From: a virus
Taxonomy: Duplodnaviria > Caudoviricetes
Length of the DNA: 64,000 nucleotides
IMG/VR virus record: IMGVR_UViG_2935109043_000001
Coordinates: 22,210-86,209 of that record
Strand: one strand, 5' to 3'
Shown piece by piece: positions 1 to 9,170 of the stretch; the first letter of the stretch is position 1; every line of letters begins with the position of its first letter. Under the pieces are notes generated by a model. That model saw only the letters and a program-made list of their open reading frames with translations. It had not been told where the DNA came from and made no database searches. A program made the translations under genes and the position numbers.

Positions 1-945
1 ATGAGCCGGCCTGTCCCGAAGGGGGACCCGCCGCCGCACGGTCACTCCAACCGGTACGCGAGGTGGCACTGCCGCTGCGCACCCTGCACGCGGGCCGCGT
101 CCCGCGCGGATGCTGAACGGCGCCTCGACCGCCTGGCGGGCCGTTCGCGCAAGGTCTCCGCGGAGGCGTGCGCTGCTCACATCGCCACGCTGGTGGCGGC
201 TGGGCTGAGTCAGCAGCAGATAGCGGACGCGGCTGGAGTCTGGCAGGTCACGGTGTCCCGGATTCGGTCCGGGCAGGGAAACGTGAGCCGTGTGACGCAG
301 GATGCGATTCTCGCGGTGCCTGTGGGGCTGCGGCCGGTGAAGGGTCAGGTGTCTTCGGTGGGTGCGGTGCGGCGTCTTCGGGCGTTGTACGCGCTGGGCC
401 ACTTCGCGCGGGACATCGCGGAGAGGTCGGGCCTGTCGAAGGACGCTGTGGCTGATCTGGTGGCTGGCCGGCCGGCGACGTTGGACGCGTCTCGGGATGC
501 GGCTGTGCGGGCTTGTTTCGACGAGCTGTCGATGAAGGTTGGCGGCTCGGCGAAGACGCGGCTGCGTGCGCAGGCTGAGGGTTGGGTGCCGCCGTTGGCG
601 TGGGATGAGGACGCGATTGATGATCCTGCGGCTGTTCCGCAGGTGGATGCTGCGGCGGCTGTTCCGGAGTCGGGTGAGCGGGCTGTTGCTCGTTGGCTGG
701 CGGGGGAGTCGGTGGTGTTGTCGCAGTCGGCTCGGGCGGAGGTGGTGGGTTATCTCATGGAGTGGTCGTCGTTGTCGTCGGCGGAGATTGGGGTGCGGTT
801 GGGGGTGTCGGCGGGGGCGGTGGAGAGGCAGTGGGAGCGGTTGGTGAGGCGGGCGCGTGTGGAGGGGCGTCCTGTGCCGTGGCGGCGTGTGTCGCGTGAT
901 CGGAATCGAATGTTGAAGCAGAGCGAGATGGGAGAAGCAGCATGA
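1..945 (+). CDS. Multi-HTH DNA-binding phage protein with Cys-rich N-terminus (candidate transcription regulator)
   Basis: HCRCAPC motif; HTH-like segments [51 protein letters not shown]. Confidence 0.7.
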   Translation: MSRPVPKGDPPPHGHSNRYARWHCRCAPCTRAASRADAERRLDRLAGRSRKVSAEACAAHIATLVAAGLSQQQIADAAGVWQVTVSRIRSGQGNVSRVTQDAILAVPVGLRPVKGQVSSVGAVRRLRALYALGHFARDIAERSGLSKDAVADLVAGRPATLDASRDAAVRACFDELSMKVGGSAKTRLRAQAEGWVPPLAWDEDAIDDPAAVPQVDAAAAVPESGERAVARWLAGESVVLSQSARAEVVGYLMEWSSLSSAEIGVRLGVSAGAVERQWERLVRRARVEGRPVPWRRVSRDRNRMLKQSEMGEAA

Positions 946-1475
946 GTGGCGAGACTGTGATCACGGTGGTCGGCAACCTGGTGGCCGATCCGGAACTTCG
1001 ATTCACCCCTGGTGGTGCGGCGGTTGCCCGCTTCACGGTGGCGTCGACTCCGCGGGTGTTCGACAAGCAGACGAGTGAGTGGAAGGACGGGGAGTCGCTG
1101 TTCCTGTCGTGCTCGGTGTGGAGGCAGGCCGCGGAGAACGCGGCGGAGTCCCTGACGAAGGGGATGCGCGTCATCGTGCAGGGCCGGCTGAAGCAGCGGT
1201 CGTTCGAGGACCGTGAGGGGCAGAAGCGGACGGTGTATGAGCTGGATGTCGAGGAGGTGGGGCCGAGTCTGCGGAGTGCGACGGCGCGGGTGGAGAAGGC
1301 GTCGCGTGGCGCCGGCGGCCAGGGGCAGCAGCAGGGTGGTGGCCAGCAGGGTGGTGGGTCGCGGTCTGGTGGTTGGGGTGGTGGTCAGGGTCCGGCGCAG
1401 GATGCGTGGTCGTCGGGTGGCGGGCAGCAGGGGCAGCAGGGTGGTTGGGGTGGTGGTGATGAGCCGCCGTTCTGA
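942..1475 (+). CDS. ssb: Single-stranded DNA-binding protein
   Basis: [21 protein letters not shown] fold; Gly/Gln-rich linker; acidic C-terminus DEPPF. Confidence 0.97.
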   Translation: MSGETVITVVGNLVADPELRFTPGGAAVARFTVASTPRVFDKQTSEWKDGESLFLSCSVWRQAAENAAESLTKGMRVIVQGRLKQRSFEDREGQKRTVYELDVEEVGPSLRSATARVEKASRGAGGQGQQQGGGQQGGGSRSGGWGGGQGPAQDAWSSGGGQQGQQGGWGGGDEPPF

Positions 1476-1528
1476 GGTGGTGTGAGGGGGGAGGGGCTGG
1501 CTTTCGGGTTGGCCCCTCCTTTCATGCG

Positions 1529-1561
1529 CCATACTCCATTGCGTAACGCAATGGAGTATGG
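1529..1561. promoter_or_regulatory. Perfect 16-1-16 palindrome (operator-like), copy 1
   Basis: CCATACTCCATTGCGT-A-ACGCAATGGAGTATGG; same arms recur at 14610-14644. Confidence 0.85.
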
Positions 1562-1598
1562 GATAGTGGTCATGCCGACAACACGCGAAAGAGGCGCA

Positions 1599-1706
1599 AT
1601 GCCCACCTGCGACTGCACCAGCCACGCCGACACCGGCACCCACGGCTCCGACTGCATCCACTGGGACCTCCCCACCGACGACCCGTCCGACCACTACGGC
1701 CTCTGA
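1599..1706 (+). CDS. Small Cys/His-rich hypothetical protein
   Basis: RBS AAAGAGG; MPTCDCTSH...CIHW; first ORF after the palindrome. Confidence 0.5.
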   Translation: MPTCDCTSHADTGTHGSDCIHWDLPTDDPSDHYGL

Positions 1707-1716
1707 GGAGCACCCG

Positions 1717-1944
1717 ATGACCACGCCCACCGTCACCACCGTCCCCGGCGGATTCGTCGTCGCCACACCCCTCCACGACGGCAACGTCCTGGTCGAGAGC
1801 TTCTTCCTCGGCGAAAACGAGGAGGGCACGCCGCTGACCCAGCCCCTCACCCACTGGACGGTGCCGCAGGCCGAGACCGCCGCGGAGGTCACGGAGCACG
1901 TCCGTCAGCTCCGGGACTTCATGTCGCCGGCGGCCGTCGCCTGA
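1717..1944 (+). CDS. Hypothetical protein
   Basis: RBS GAGGAG; GC3-biased codons. Confidence 0.7.
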   Translation: MTTPTVTTVPGGFVVATPLHDGNVLVESFFLGENEEGTPLTQPLTHWTVPQAETAAEVTEHVRQLRDFMSPAAVA

Positions 1945-1955
1945 CCCTTCAAGCC

Positions 1956-2028
1956 GCCCCGTGTAGGCAAGCCCATCACCAGCACCCCCTGTCTGGTCGG
2001 GCGCGCGGTTCGAATCCGCGGCGGGGCA
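1956..2028 (+). ncRNA. tRNA-like element (acceptor stem plus T-arm; non-canonical D and anticodon arms)
   Basis: GCCCCGT/GCGGGGC 7-bp stem; CGCGG-TTCGAAT-CCGCG T-arm; discriminator A. Confidence 0.65.
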
Positions 2029-2066
2029 CCCAAGAACCCGGCCCAACGTGCCCCTGGAGGCTTCCC

Positions 2067-2615
2067 ATGCGAATGTACCGAGTAGCTCACAGCACAATTC
2101 GCGCCGGGGGTACCTACATTGGCCCCTACTGCAACAACAGCATGCTGCCCGCGCCGCATCACGACGAGATGGCGTGGATGCAGATGGAGCACGAGGACAG
2201 CGTCTTCTGTCCAGGCCCACAGGAGGACCCTTTCCTGCGGCACATCTCCGAGGACGAGTTCTGCGCCTTCGTCGGTGAAGAGCCCCTGTACGTCTGGTTT
2301 TCCGGATACTGCGCGAAGCTGAAGGCGGCAGGGTACGTCATCCGTGTGTACGACGTTCCTGACGCCGACGTTCGGTGTGGCAGGCGCGGGCAGGCGGCGT
2401 TCAAGATGGGTAGCGCTGAGGAGCGGGACGTCCGCCCAATTCTGGAGCGTTTTCTGGGTCGTGACGCGGAGGAGCGTCAACAGCGACAGGCGATCTACGT
2501 TCCGGCGTCGAAGGTCGCCGTCATGCTCGGCCAGGTGCGCGACATGACCGCCGACAAGCCGTATTTGGCGGCCGTGCTGCGGCAGGAGCTGCGTGACGCT
2601 CTCATCCTCGACTGA
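2067..2615 (+). CDS. Hypothetical phage protein flanked by tRNA-like elements
   Basis: RBS GGAGG; 182 aa ORF. Confidence 0.75.
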   Translation: MRMYRVAHSTIRAGGTYIGPYCNNSMLPAPHHDEMAWMQMEHEDSVFCPGPQEDPFLRHISEDEFCAFVGEEPLYVWFSGYCAKLKAAGYVIRVYDVPDADVRCGRRGQAAFKMGSAEERDVRPILERFLGRDAEERQQRQAIYVPASKVAVMLGQVRDMTADKPYLAAVLRQELRDALILD

Positions 2616-2624
2616 GAACTTTCA

Positions 2625-2666
2625 GCCCTGATGGCCGTAGGGGAGGTTCGACTCCTCCCCAGGGCA
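2625..2666 (+). ncRNA. tRNA minihelix-like element
   Basis: GCCCTG/CAGGGC stem stacked on GGGAGG-TTCGACT-CCTCCC; only a 10-nt linker replaces the D and anticodon arms. Confidence 0.6.
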
Positions 2667-2730
2667 CCTCTTCCTCCCTCACCACCCTTGCCGCGCTTGG
2701 CGTGGCCTACCGCTCGACGGGAGACACCCG

Positions 2731-3093
2731 ATGACCACACCCACCCCGGCACAGGTCGCCGACGTACTCGACCGTGCCGCCGACCACATCGACCGCGTCG
2801 GCTGGATACAAGACGAGTGGTGGGAGGGGACGCCCCCTGACCTCCACCCCGACGCCGTTTCCGTGGACGCCGACAGTGCGCTCGCTGTCGCTGCCGGTGC
2901 GGAACCGTTCGCCCCCGACAGTGGCCTCACGACTGAGCAGGCCTTCGTCTACCACGCGGCGGCAAGCGCACTGCGCCAGCACGTCGGCTGTGGCCTCATC
3001 CTCTGGAACGACAAGCCGGGCCGCACGCAGGCTGAGGTGACCGCGGTCATGCGCGCGGCGGCTGCCTCGCAGCGGAAGCTGGTGGCCTCGTGA
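2731..3093 (+). CDS. DUF6197-like phage protein
   Basis: AADHIDRVGWIQ...WNDKPGRTQAEV motif. Confidence 0.7.
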   Translation: MTTPTPAQVADVLDRAADHIDRVGWIQDEWWEGTPPDLHPDAVSVDADSALAVAAGAEPFAPDSGLTTEQAFVYHAAASALRQHVGCGLILWNDKPGRTQAEVTAVMRAAAASQRKLVAS

Positions 3094-3653
3094 CGACCAT
3101 CCCCGCCATCGACCCGTACGCGGTGCGGGACCAGGCCGTGCACGCGTGGCTGATGCACGCCACCACCCACCGGTACGACGCCCGCCTCAGCACCTGGACG
3201 CACAGCGTGAACGCGGCTGGCGAGCCCGTGTGGTCCGCCGAGCTCGCCGGCGCTGACACGGCGACCGCTCTGCCCCGCTTCGCGTCCACGACCCGCCTGC
3301 CGCTGCGTACGGACTCGGATGTTCTGCCGATCCTCAGCGTCGAGTTGGAGGGGCGTGTGGCGGTGTGGTGGCGGCAGGGCGGGGTGTGGGTGGAGTTGTG
3401 GCATCCGGACCCACTGCCGCCTGTCCCGGTGCCGTTGGGCGGGTTGTGGCGGCGGACGACCGAGGCCCTGCCGAAGCCCAGCCCGAGCCTGTTCCCCCAG
3501 CGGCATCCCGCGTGTACCTGCTCGCCCCCTGACCGTTCTGAGAGTGCTGGGCCGCAGTACCCCGACGAGGACTGCCCTGAGCACGGCAACCCCGACGTAC
3601 TCGCCCTCCCCAAGACCGCGTTCCCCACCCAGACCAAGGAGACCAACCGATGA
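3090..3653 (+). CDS. Hypothetical protein
   Basis: GTGA overlap with upstream gene. Confidence 0.65.
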   Translation: MTTIPAIDPYAVRDQAVHAWLMHATTHRYDARLSTWTHSVNAAGEPVWSAELAGADTATALPRFASTTRLPLRTDSDVLPILSVELEGRVAVWWRQGGVWVELWHPDPLPPVPVPLGGLWRRTTEALPKPSPSLFPQRHPACTCSPPDRSESAGPQYPDEDCPEHGNPDVLALPKTAFPTQTKETNR

Positions 3654-3829
3654 TCCACCGCCTGTGCAACGTCGCCGGATGCGACCACAGCACCCCCGTC
3701 AACCCGACCGACACGGACGCCGCGTTCGACACGATCACCGACCACTACCAGGACAGTCACGGCATGGACCCTTCGCAGGCGGGCTACTTCGGCGCGTGGC
3801 ACAGCACAACGAAGGAGAGCGCCCGATGA
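3650..3829 (+). CDS. Small hypothetical protein (C-x4-C...H-x4-H, possible Zn-binding)
   Basis: RBS AAGGAG; ATGA overlaps at both ends; 59 aa, absent from the ORF track. Confidence 0.6.
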   Translation: MIHRLCNVAGCDHSTPVNPTDTDAAFDTITDHYQDSHGMDPSQAGYFGAWHSTTKESAR

Positions 3830-4446
3830 GCGACCGCGAGATCCTGCGCCAGGCCAGCGACAACAGTGACGACTGGAGCGACGAGACGTGGGCCGCATGG
3901 GGCCGTCTCGCCGACCAGGCTCACGGGCGCGAGTCCGTTCCGGCTCTGCTCGCTGAGGTGGAGCGTCTCCGCGCCGAGCGGTCCGAGCTGAACCAGATGA
4001 TCCGCTCCTCCAACCTGGCGGCGGTCACCGCCCGCGCCGAGCGAGACCGCTTCCGTTCCGCCTGGCAGTCCGCCCGTTTTCGTGCGGAGGCCCGTGGTGA
4101 AGGCATCCTCCGCGAGGCCAAGAACAGGGACTTCTGGCAGGAGGAAGCACACCGCCTCGGCGCCGAGCTGGCCGCCCGCCCGTCCGTCTCGCCGCAGGTG
4201 TGGCTGCTGATGCAGGGCGAGGACCACGAGGGCGGCAACGTGCTCGGCGTTTACGCCACGCGCGCCGCCTCCCGTGGCGGGTTCATCGCGGCAGCCCGAC
4301 GCCTGCACTTCGAGATCGACGGTGCCGAGGAGCGAGAGGGCGGCAGCCTCCACCTGCACGCCGGGTGCGACTGGCTCTCCCTCACCCCGCACGCCATGAC
4401 CACCGCCGAGGCCATCGAGGCGGGTGAGGACAACCTGCCGTTCTAG
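3826..4446 (+). CDS. Hypothetical coiled-coil phage protein
   Basis: RBS AAGGAG; VPALLAEVERLRAE motif common in phage early proteins. Confidence 0.7.
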   Translation: MSDREILRQASDNSDDWSDETWAAWGRLADQAHGRESVPALLAEVERLRAERSELNQMIRSSNLAAVTARAERDRFRSAWQSARFRAEARGEGILREAKNRDFWQEEAHRLGAELAARPSVSPQVWLLMQGEDHEGGNVLGVYATRAASRGGFIAAARRLHFEIDGAEEREGGSLHLHAGCDWLSLTPHAMTTAEAIEAGEDNLPF

Positions 4447-4457
4447 CCGCGTTGGAC

Positions 4458-4488
4458 GGTGCCGCCCTGCCCGTACCAGGGCGGCACC
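4458..4488. terminator. Intergenic 12-bp hairpin (terminator or processing site)
   Basis: GGTGCCGCCCTG-N7-CAGGGCGGCACC. Confidence 0.55.
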
Positions 4489-4508
4489 CGACCACAGGAG
4501 ACCACGCC

Positions 4509-4682
4509 ATGACCCACCCCACACCCGTCGCCACCGACGACACCGCCATCCTCCGCCAACAACTCGCCGGAGCCCTCGCCGAACTCGACCTGCACCGGCA
4601 GTGGCTCACCTACCGCACCCAGCAGCTCGCCGACGCACACGACCTCATCCACAACCTCACCCACCCGGAGACCCGCTCATGA
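4509..4682 (+). CDS. Small hypothetical protein
   Basis: RBS AGGAG; coupled to next ORF. Confidence 0.6.
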   Translation: MTHPTPVATDDTAILRQQLAGALAELDLHRQWLTYRTQQLADAHDLIHNLTHPETRS

Positions 4683-4897
4683 GCGTCTACTACGCCCCGC
4701 CCACCGAACACCAGAAGCTCATCGCCACCGCCCTCGACACGATCCAGGCCACCCACTACTACCGCGAGGAAGACCCGCACGCCGACGCCGCCCGCGAGTA
4801 CGCCGACGAGCAGCTCGCCCTCGCCGCCCGCAACCTGACCCGCGCCGTCGACGCCCTCCCGGCCGACGAGCAGCCCATCGGCTGGACCGCCGAGTGA
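4679..4897 (+). CDS. Small hypothetical protein
   Basis: RBS GGAG; ATGA overlap. Confidence 0.65.
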   Translation: MSVYYAPPTEHQKLIATALDTIQATHYYREEDPHADAAREYADEQLALAARNLTRAVDALPADEQPIGWTAE

Positions 4898-5256
4898 CCG
4901 TCGTCCAGGTGAGCGTCGGCCCGTCACCTCACAGTGACGGGCCCACCCCACACCAACACCTGAAGAACCTCCCCCGACACCCCGCCGACCCCCGCTACAC
5001 CGTCACCCGCCGGCAACTCGACATCCTCCGCCTCATCGCCAACGGCCATACCGCCACCGCCATAGCCCGACGGCAGGGCATCTCCTACAACACGGTCACC
5101 TCGCAGGTCGCCAGCATCCACCGGAAGCTGCGCGTCTCCGACCGGGCGCAGGCCGTTGCTGTGGCGCTGCGCATGGGTCTGCTGGACATGGACGACGTGG
5201 TGGTGCCGGACGGCGCGAACTCCAGCTACCGCACCGACAGGGAGGGCGCCGCGTGA
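4894..5256 (+). CDS. Stand-alone LuxR-type HTH regulator
   Basis: TRRQLDILRLIANGHTATAIARRQGISYNTV...KLRVSDRAQAVAVALRMGLL. Confidence 0.9.
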   Translation: MTVVQVSVGPSPHSDGPTPHQHLKNLPRHPADPRYTVTRRQLDILRLIANGHTATAIARRQGISYNTVTSQVASIHRKLRVSDRAQAVAVALRMGLLDMDDVVVPDGANSSYRTDREGAA

Positions 5257-5404
5257 GCCCCGCATGTGTGGCGGCCGCGCCGTGCTGCGGTGAGCTGCTG
5301 ACACTGCCCGCGATGGTCGACCTGGCCGGCCGCGTGGTCGTGCCCGCTGAAACGTGGTGCCGCATCCATCAGGCGTGGCACACCGACATCGAGGAGAACG
5401 AACG

Positions 5405-5875
5405 ATGACCAACCCCGTGATCAGGAAGACGCCGAAGGAGCTGCATGAGCAGCGTGCCCGGCTGATCGCATCCACCGGCCTGTCCGAGAAGGTGCTGCGG
5501 GAACGGGGGGAGGCGTTCCAGCTCTACCCGGAGCACCAGGCGGTGTGGGACACCGTGCACGGCATCGACTACCTCCTCGACGGCGCGGAGCCCTCGCCAG
5601 AACAGGCGTCGGCACTTGCACGAACTGCCATCGAGCACCTGAAGGGAATGGACACCTGGGGCCCTACCGTCATCTCGCCTGCCGCCAGAACTGCTCTCGC
5701 GACGTGGCTGCGTGAGACCGACGCGCTCCATGAGGCCCGGCGCTGCACGGACGGACCGCCCGACTGCACGTGCACAACCGGCTGCGGATGGTGTGGCGAC
5801 GAGGACTGGCCCTGCTCCGACATGCGACACGCTCAGGCGGTTGCCCGCGAGATTCTGGGCGGTGGTTTGGGATGA
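5405..5875 (+). CDS. Hypothetical protein with Cys-rich C-terminus
   Basis: RBS GAGGAG; CGWCGDEDWPC. Confidence 0.65.
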   Translation: MTNPVIRKTPKELHEQRARLIASTGLSEKVLRERGEAFQLYPEHQAVWDTVHGIDYLLDGAEPSPEQASALARTAIEHLKGMDTWGPTVISPAARTALATWLRETDALHEARRCTDGPPDCTCTTGCGWCGDEDWPCSDMRHAQAVAREILGGGLG

Positions 5876-6519
5876 CTGCTGGCCGTTCCGCTGCCGCTCG
5901 TGCCGCCCAGTTACGTGCCAACGCCCGCCGGAGCTGGTGGCAGCGTCTCCTCGCCCTCCTCGGCATACGCACCCCGCACGCCCGCCGCACCGCCAACGCT
6001 GCCGCACGCTGGGCCCACGGCGCCGAAGGCGAAGCCCACACCGCCCGCCTTCTCGCCCCACTCCAGACAGCGGGCTGGCACCTCCGCCACGACCTCGCCC
6101 TACCCCGATCCCGCGCCAACCTCGACCACGTCCTCGTCTCCCCCTGCGGCACGGCGCTCGTCGTCCTCGACACGAAACGCTGGCACCGCGGCAAACCCAC
6201 CCACCTCCTCAGCGGCCGTATCCACTGCGGCCAGGACGACCGGCACAACCAGGTCGAGGCCGTCGCACGCTACGCACACCGCGTCGCCACCATCCTCGGC
6301 CTCCCCGCCGGGCAGGTCGCGCCGCTCCTCGTCATCCACGGCTCCCCGATCCTCGGCGGCCGGCTCGAAGCCCACACACCGCACGGCCTGGTGCACGTCC
6401 TCGGCACGGACGGTCTGCTGCCCACGCTCCACGCCGCACCCCAAGGCCGGGCAAACGCCCACGCCGCGGCCAGGCTCGCGGCCCGCGTCGACCAGCATCT
6501 CCGGCCCTACCAGCAGTAG
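5872..6519 (+). CDS. NERD-domain nuclease-related protein
   Basis: GAEGE...HDLALP...ANLDHVLV...VLDTKRW. Confidence 0.88.
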   Translation: MTAGRSAAARAAQLRANARRSWWQRLLALLGIRTPHARRTANAAARWAHGAEGEAHTARLLAPLQTAGWHLRHDLALPRSRANLDHVLVSPCGTALVVLDTKRWHRGKPTHLLSGRIHCGQDDRHNQVEAVARYAHRVATILGLPAGQVAPLLVIHGSPILGGRLEAHTPHGLVHVLGTDGLLPTLHAAPQGRANAHAAARLAARVDQHLRPYQQ

Positions 6520-6531
6520 CCAGCACCATCC

Positions 6532-6563
6532 GGCGCCCACCCCAGTCCACAGGGGTGGGCGCC
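6532..6563 (+). terminator. Intrinsic terminator-like hairpin
   Basis: GGCGCCCACCCC-N8-GGGGTGGGCGCC followed by TTCT. Confidence 0.6.
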
Positions 6564-6602
6564 TTCTCCTGTTTCGGGCGGAGACCGGCGTATCCTCAGC
6601 CG

Positions 6603-6833
6603 GTGGCAATCGAACTGAATCCCGAGTTGATCGCTCTGCAAGAGGCGGCGGATGAGGCTGGCCGGCGTGTGTCTGCGACACCGAATGACGGTGAAGCCCG
6701 GCAGGCGTGGTTCGCTGCCGCGGCGAGGGTGCAGGCCGCGGTGACGGAGCACGCGGCGGCGGCTGGGCTGAACCGGTTCGAGGTGGAGAAGGCTCTGCGC
6801 CGGCATGTGCGGCATCCGGAGCTGCGGGACTGA
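6603..6833 (+). CDS. Small hypothetical protein
   Basis: VAIELNPELIALQ...FEVEKALRRHVRHPE; coding-like frame. Confidence 0.6.
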   Translation: MAIELNPELIALQEAADEAGRRVSATPNDGEARQAWFAAAARVQAAVTEHAAAAGLNRFEVEKALRRHVRHPELRD

Positions 6834-7047
6834 CACGTCCTCTTCCCCCGCCCTGCCGTGCGCCCGCATCCTGGCCGTGCAGCAGGGCGGCGCCATGTCC
6901 GCCCTCGGGGACGGTAGGGGGCGGTCCGGGTGACGTGTGGCCGGTGCGGGGCGGAGGCGTTGCAGCAGGGCGCGGGATGGGTGTGCAGTCAACTCTGCGG
7001 GTGGTCTTCGACTGCGCCCGGGCCGTCGTCGCCGGTACGGTCGGCGG

Positions 7048-7230
7048 ATGATGGATAGTCCGCAGCCGCAGATCACGTTCACGTCGTGTCGCCAGTGTGG
7101 TGCGGAGGTGGCGGGGTTGGATGGCCGGTATGCGTGTGGGGTGTGTGGGTGGGTGAATCGGTATGACGAGGGGCATCGGGCGTTGCCGTCGGCGGAGGAT
7201 GATCCGGACTACCCGGGGCCCGGCGCCTGA
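7048..7230 (+). CDS. Small zinc-ribbon protein
   Basis: CRQC...CGVC. Confidence 0.65.
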   Translation: MMDSPQPQITFTSCRQCGAEVAGLDGRYACGVCGWVNRYDEGHRALPSAEDDPDYPGPGA

Positions 7231-7450
7231 CAGTGAGGGCGCTACGGTTACCGATGGCCGATGCCTCCTGCTGTACTCAGGACGGTGTGGGCAAGTCCCC
7301 GGGGTCGGCGTTCACGCGCCGTCCGGGTGGCGTCAGGGAGTCGGGCGGCGCGCGCGCCTCCGGGTGTTGGAGCACCTGGAGAGCTGCTGTCCGGCTCCCG
7401 CTTTTGCTTTGAAGCGCAGGTCAGCGCCCCATACCCCTAGACTCGAACGT

Positions 7451-7783
7451 ATGAACGACCTCACGCCTGAGCAGCGCCTGGAGAAGCATCGCGCGGTGCG
7501 GGACTGGCTGGGCTGGCAGTACCGGCAGGCGCAGAAGACGGTGAACGATCTGGAGCGGCAGATCGACGCTGACCGGCAGCGGGCGGAGAAGGCGCGGCGG
7601 GAGCGGTCGTGGAAGGTGCAGCCGGAGCGTGCGGGCCGTCCGGCGGTGCTGCATCGCGGGGGCTGCTCCCTGCACAAGGCCGAGCTGGAGAGCCTCCTGA
7701 ATCGCGAGGAAGCGTTGATCGCGTTGGAGGAGGGGTTGGAGGCGTGTGAGGTGTGCTGGCCGGAGGTGGATTTGCGGGGGTGA
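7451..7783 (+). CDS. DUF6233-like protein
   Basis: LHRGGC...EEALIAL...ACEVCWPE. Confidence 0.7.
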   Translation: MNDLTPEQRLEKHRAVRDWLGWQYRQAQKTVNDLERQIDADRQRAEKARRERSWKVQPERAGRPAVLHRGGCSLHKAELESLLNREEALIALEEGLEACEVCWPEVDLRG

Positions 7784-7860
7784 CCTGCGGTGGGAGGTTT
7801 TTACGGAGGTCCGTGAAAACCCCCTGGAGTGTATAGCGCTGAACATGTATAGTGGTGCAC

Positions 7861-8079
7861 ATGAACGAAGAGAGGATCACCACCCTCACCAACCAGGCCG
7901 CGACCCTCTCCGCGCAGCGCAACACCGTCACCACCAGCCTCAAGGACATCGCCGCCGCCATGTGGCACGAAGGACTCCACAACGTCCGCGACCTCGGACG
8001 ACGCACCGGCCTGTCCCGCGCCACCCTGTACGCCGCACTGCGCGAACGCGGCATCGAACCCACCAATCGAGAGAAGTGA
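7861..8079 (+). CDS. Small HTH protein
   Basis: VRDLGRRTGLSRATLY; TGTATAG direct repeat immediately upstream. Confidence 0.75.
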   Translation: MNEERITTLTNQAATLSAQRNTVTTSLKDIAAAMWHEGLHNVRDLGRRTGLSRATLYAALRERGIEPTNREK

Positions 8080-8089
8080 GGACACCGTC

Positions 8090-8980
8090 ATGGGACGAGT
8101 AGTGCGCCGCGTGCCGCTCGACTTTGAATGGCCCCTGAACAAGGTATGGGAAGGGTTCCTGCTGCCCGACCGACTGACTGAGGAACCGTGCTCGGACTGT
8201 AAGGGCGGCTACTCGGCACGCTACGAACAGCTCCAGGACCGCTGGTACGGCAATGCTCCGTTCAACCCGGCCGAGACAGGGTCGACGCCGTTCACCGCAG
8301 ACACGCGTGCAGCACGGGAACTCGCCGAACGTAACGTTTCGCAGGCGCCCGACTTCTACGGCACCGGCGAGGCCGCCATCCTGTGGGAGGCCACTCGGCT
8401 GGCCAACCTGTGGAACGACCAGTGGGGCCACCACCTCGCGCAGGGAGACGTTGACCTGCTGGTCGAAGAAGGGCGACTGCGGGACTTCACGCACACCTGG
8501 AGTCGAGAGACCGGCTGGCAGGCCAAGGTCCCGGCCGTTCGTCCCACGGCGGCCGAGGTCAACGAGTGGTCGCTGCGCGGGATGGGCCACGACAGTTCCA
8601 ACGCGTACATCGTCTGCGTGGCGCACTGTAAGCGTGAGGGTGTGCCTTCCTTCTGCACGACGTGCGACGGGCACGGCCTCCGCGAGGTGTACCCCGGGCA
8701 GCGCGCGGAAGCTGAGGCTTGGGTGGCGACTGATCCTCCGGCGGGCGAGGGCTGGCAGTTGTGGGAGACCGTGAGTGAGGGGTCGCCTGTCAGCCCGGTC
8801 TTCGCGACTTCCGATGCCTTGGCGGTTTGGATGTCAGACCCGGCGCGCGGTACTCGGTGGGTCCCCCAGGAGGCGGCTGCGAAGTTCATCGCGGATGGCT
8901 GGGCACCGTCCTTCGTGTCCTCGCCGAAGACTGGTGTCGTGTCGGGCGTTGAGTGGGTGGGTCACTCCTCCGAGCGGTGA
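8090..8980 (+). CDS. Conserved hypothetical phage protein
   Basis: MGRVVRRVPLDFEWPLNKVWEG...GWQLWETVSEGSPVSPVF; two CxxCxG motifs. Confidence 0.8.
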   Translation: MGRVVRRVPLDFEWPLNKVWEGFLLPDRLTEEPCSDCKGGYSARYEQLQDRWYGNAPFNPAETGSTPFTADTRAARELAERNVSQAPDFYGTGEAAILWEATRLANLWNDQWGHHLAQGDVDLLVEEGRLRDFTHTWSRETGWQAKVPAVRPTAAEVNEWSLRGMGHDSSNAYIVCVAHCKREGVPSFCTTCDGHGLREVYPGQRAEAEAWVATDPPAGEGWQLWETVSEGSPVSPVFATSDALAVWMSDPARGTRWVPQEAAAKFIADGWAPSFVSSPKTGVVSGVEWVGHSSER

Positions 8981-8994
8981 CGCCTGCAATGATC

Positions 8995-9033
8995 AGGGTG
9001 CCCCCGGCCAGGGAAAGTGGCCGGGGGCACCCT
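8995..9033. terminator. Bidirectional terminator hairpin between the convergent operons
   Basis: AGGGTGCCCCCGGCCA-N7-TGGCCGGGGGCACCCT. Confidence 0.75.
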
Positions 9034-9054
9034 CACGTGCACTCTAGATCAGTC

Positions 9055-9120
9055 TCAGGTGGGCTCTGTCGTGCCCCAGCCGAGGTCGACCACACCCCAC
9101 CCGATGTCGCTGCTCATCAT
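9055..9120 (-). CDS. 21-aa peptide MMSSDIGWGVVDLGWGTTEPT
   Basis: G-rich RBS (GGGAGGGGG) directly upstream; repeated D[IL]GWG; lies between the PKS stop and the terminator. Confidence 0.5.
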   Translation of the reverse strand: MMSSDIGWGVVDLGWGTTEPT

Positions 9121-9170
9121 GTCCCCCTCCCTGCTGCTTGTGGTGCCCGGCAGCCTACGCCCGGCCGCTG

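Noticed and set aside
1956-2028. Functional tRNA gene
   Set aside because: Acceptor and T arms are good, but there is no canonical D-loop GG or 7-nt anticodon loop with U33; kept as tRNA-like only.
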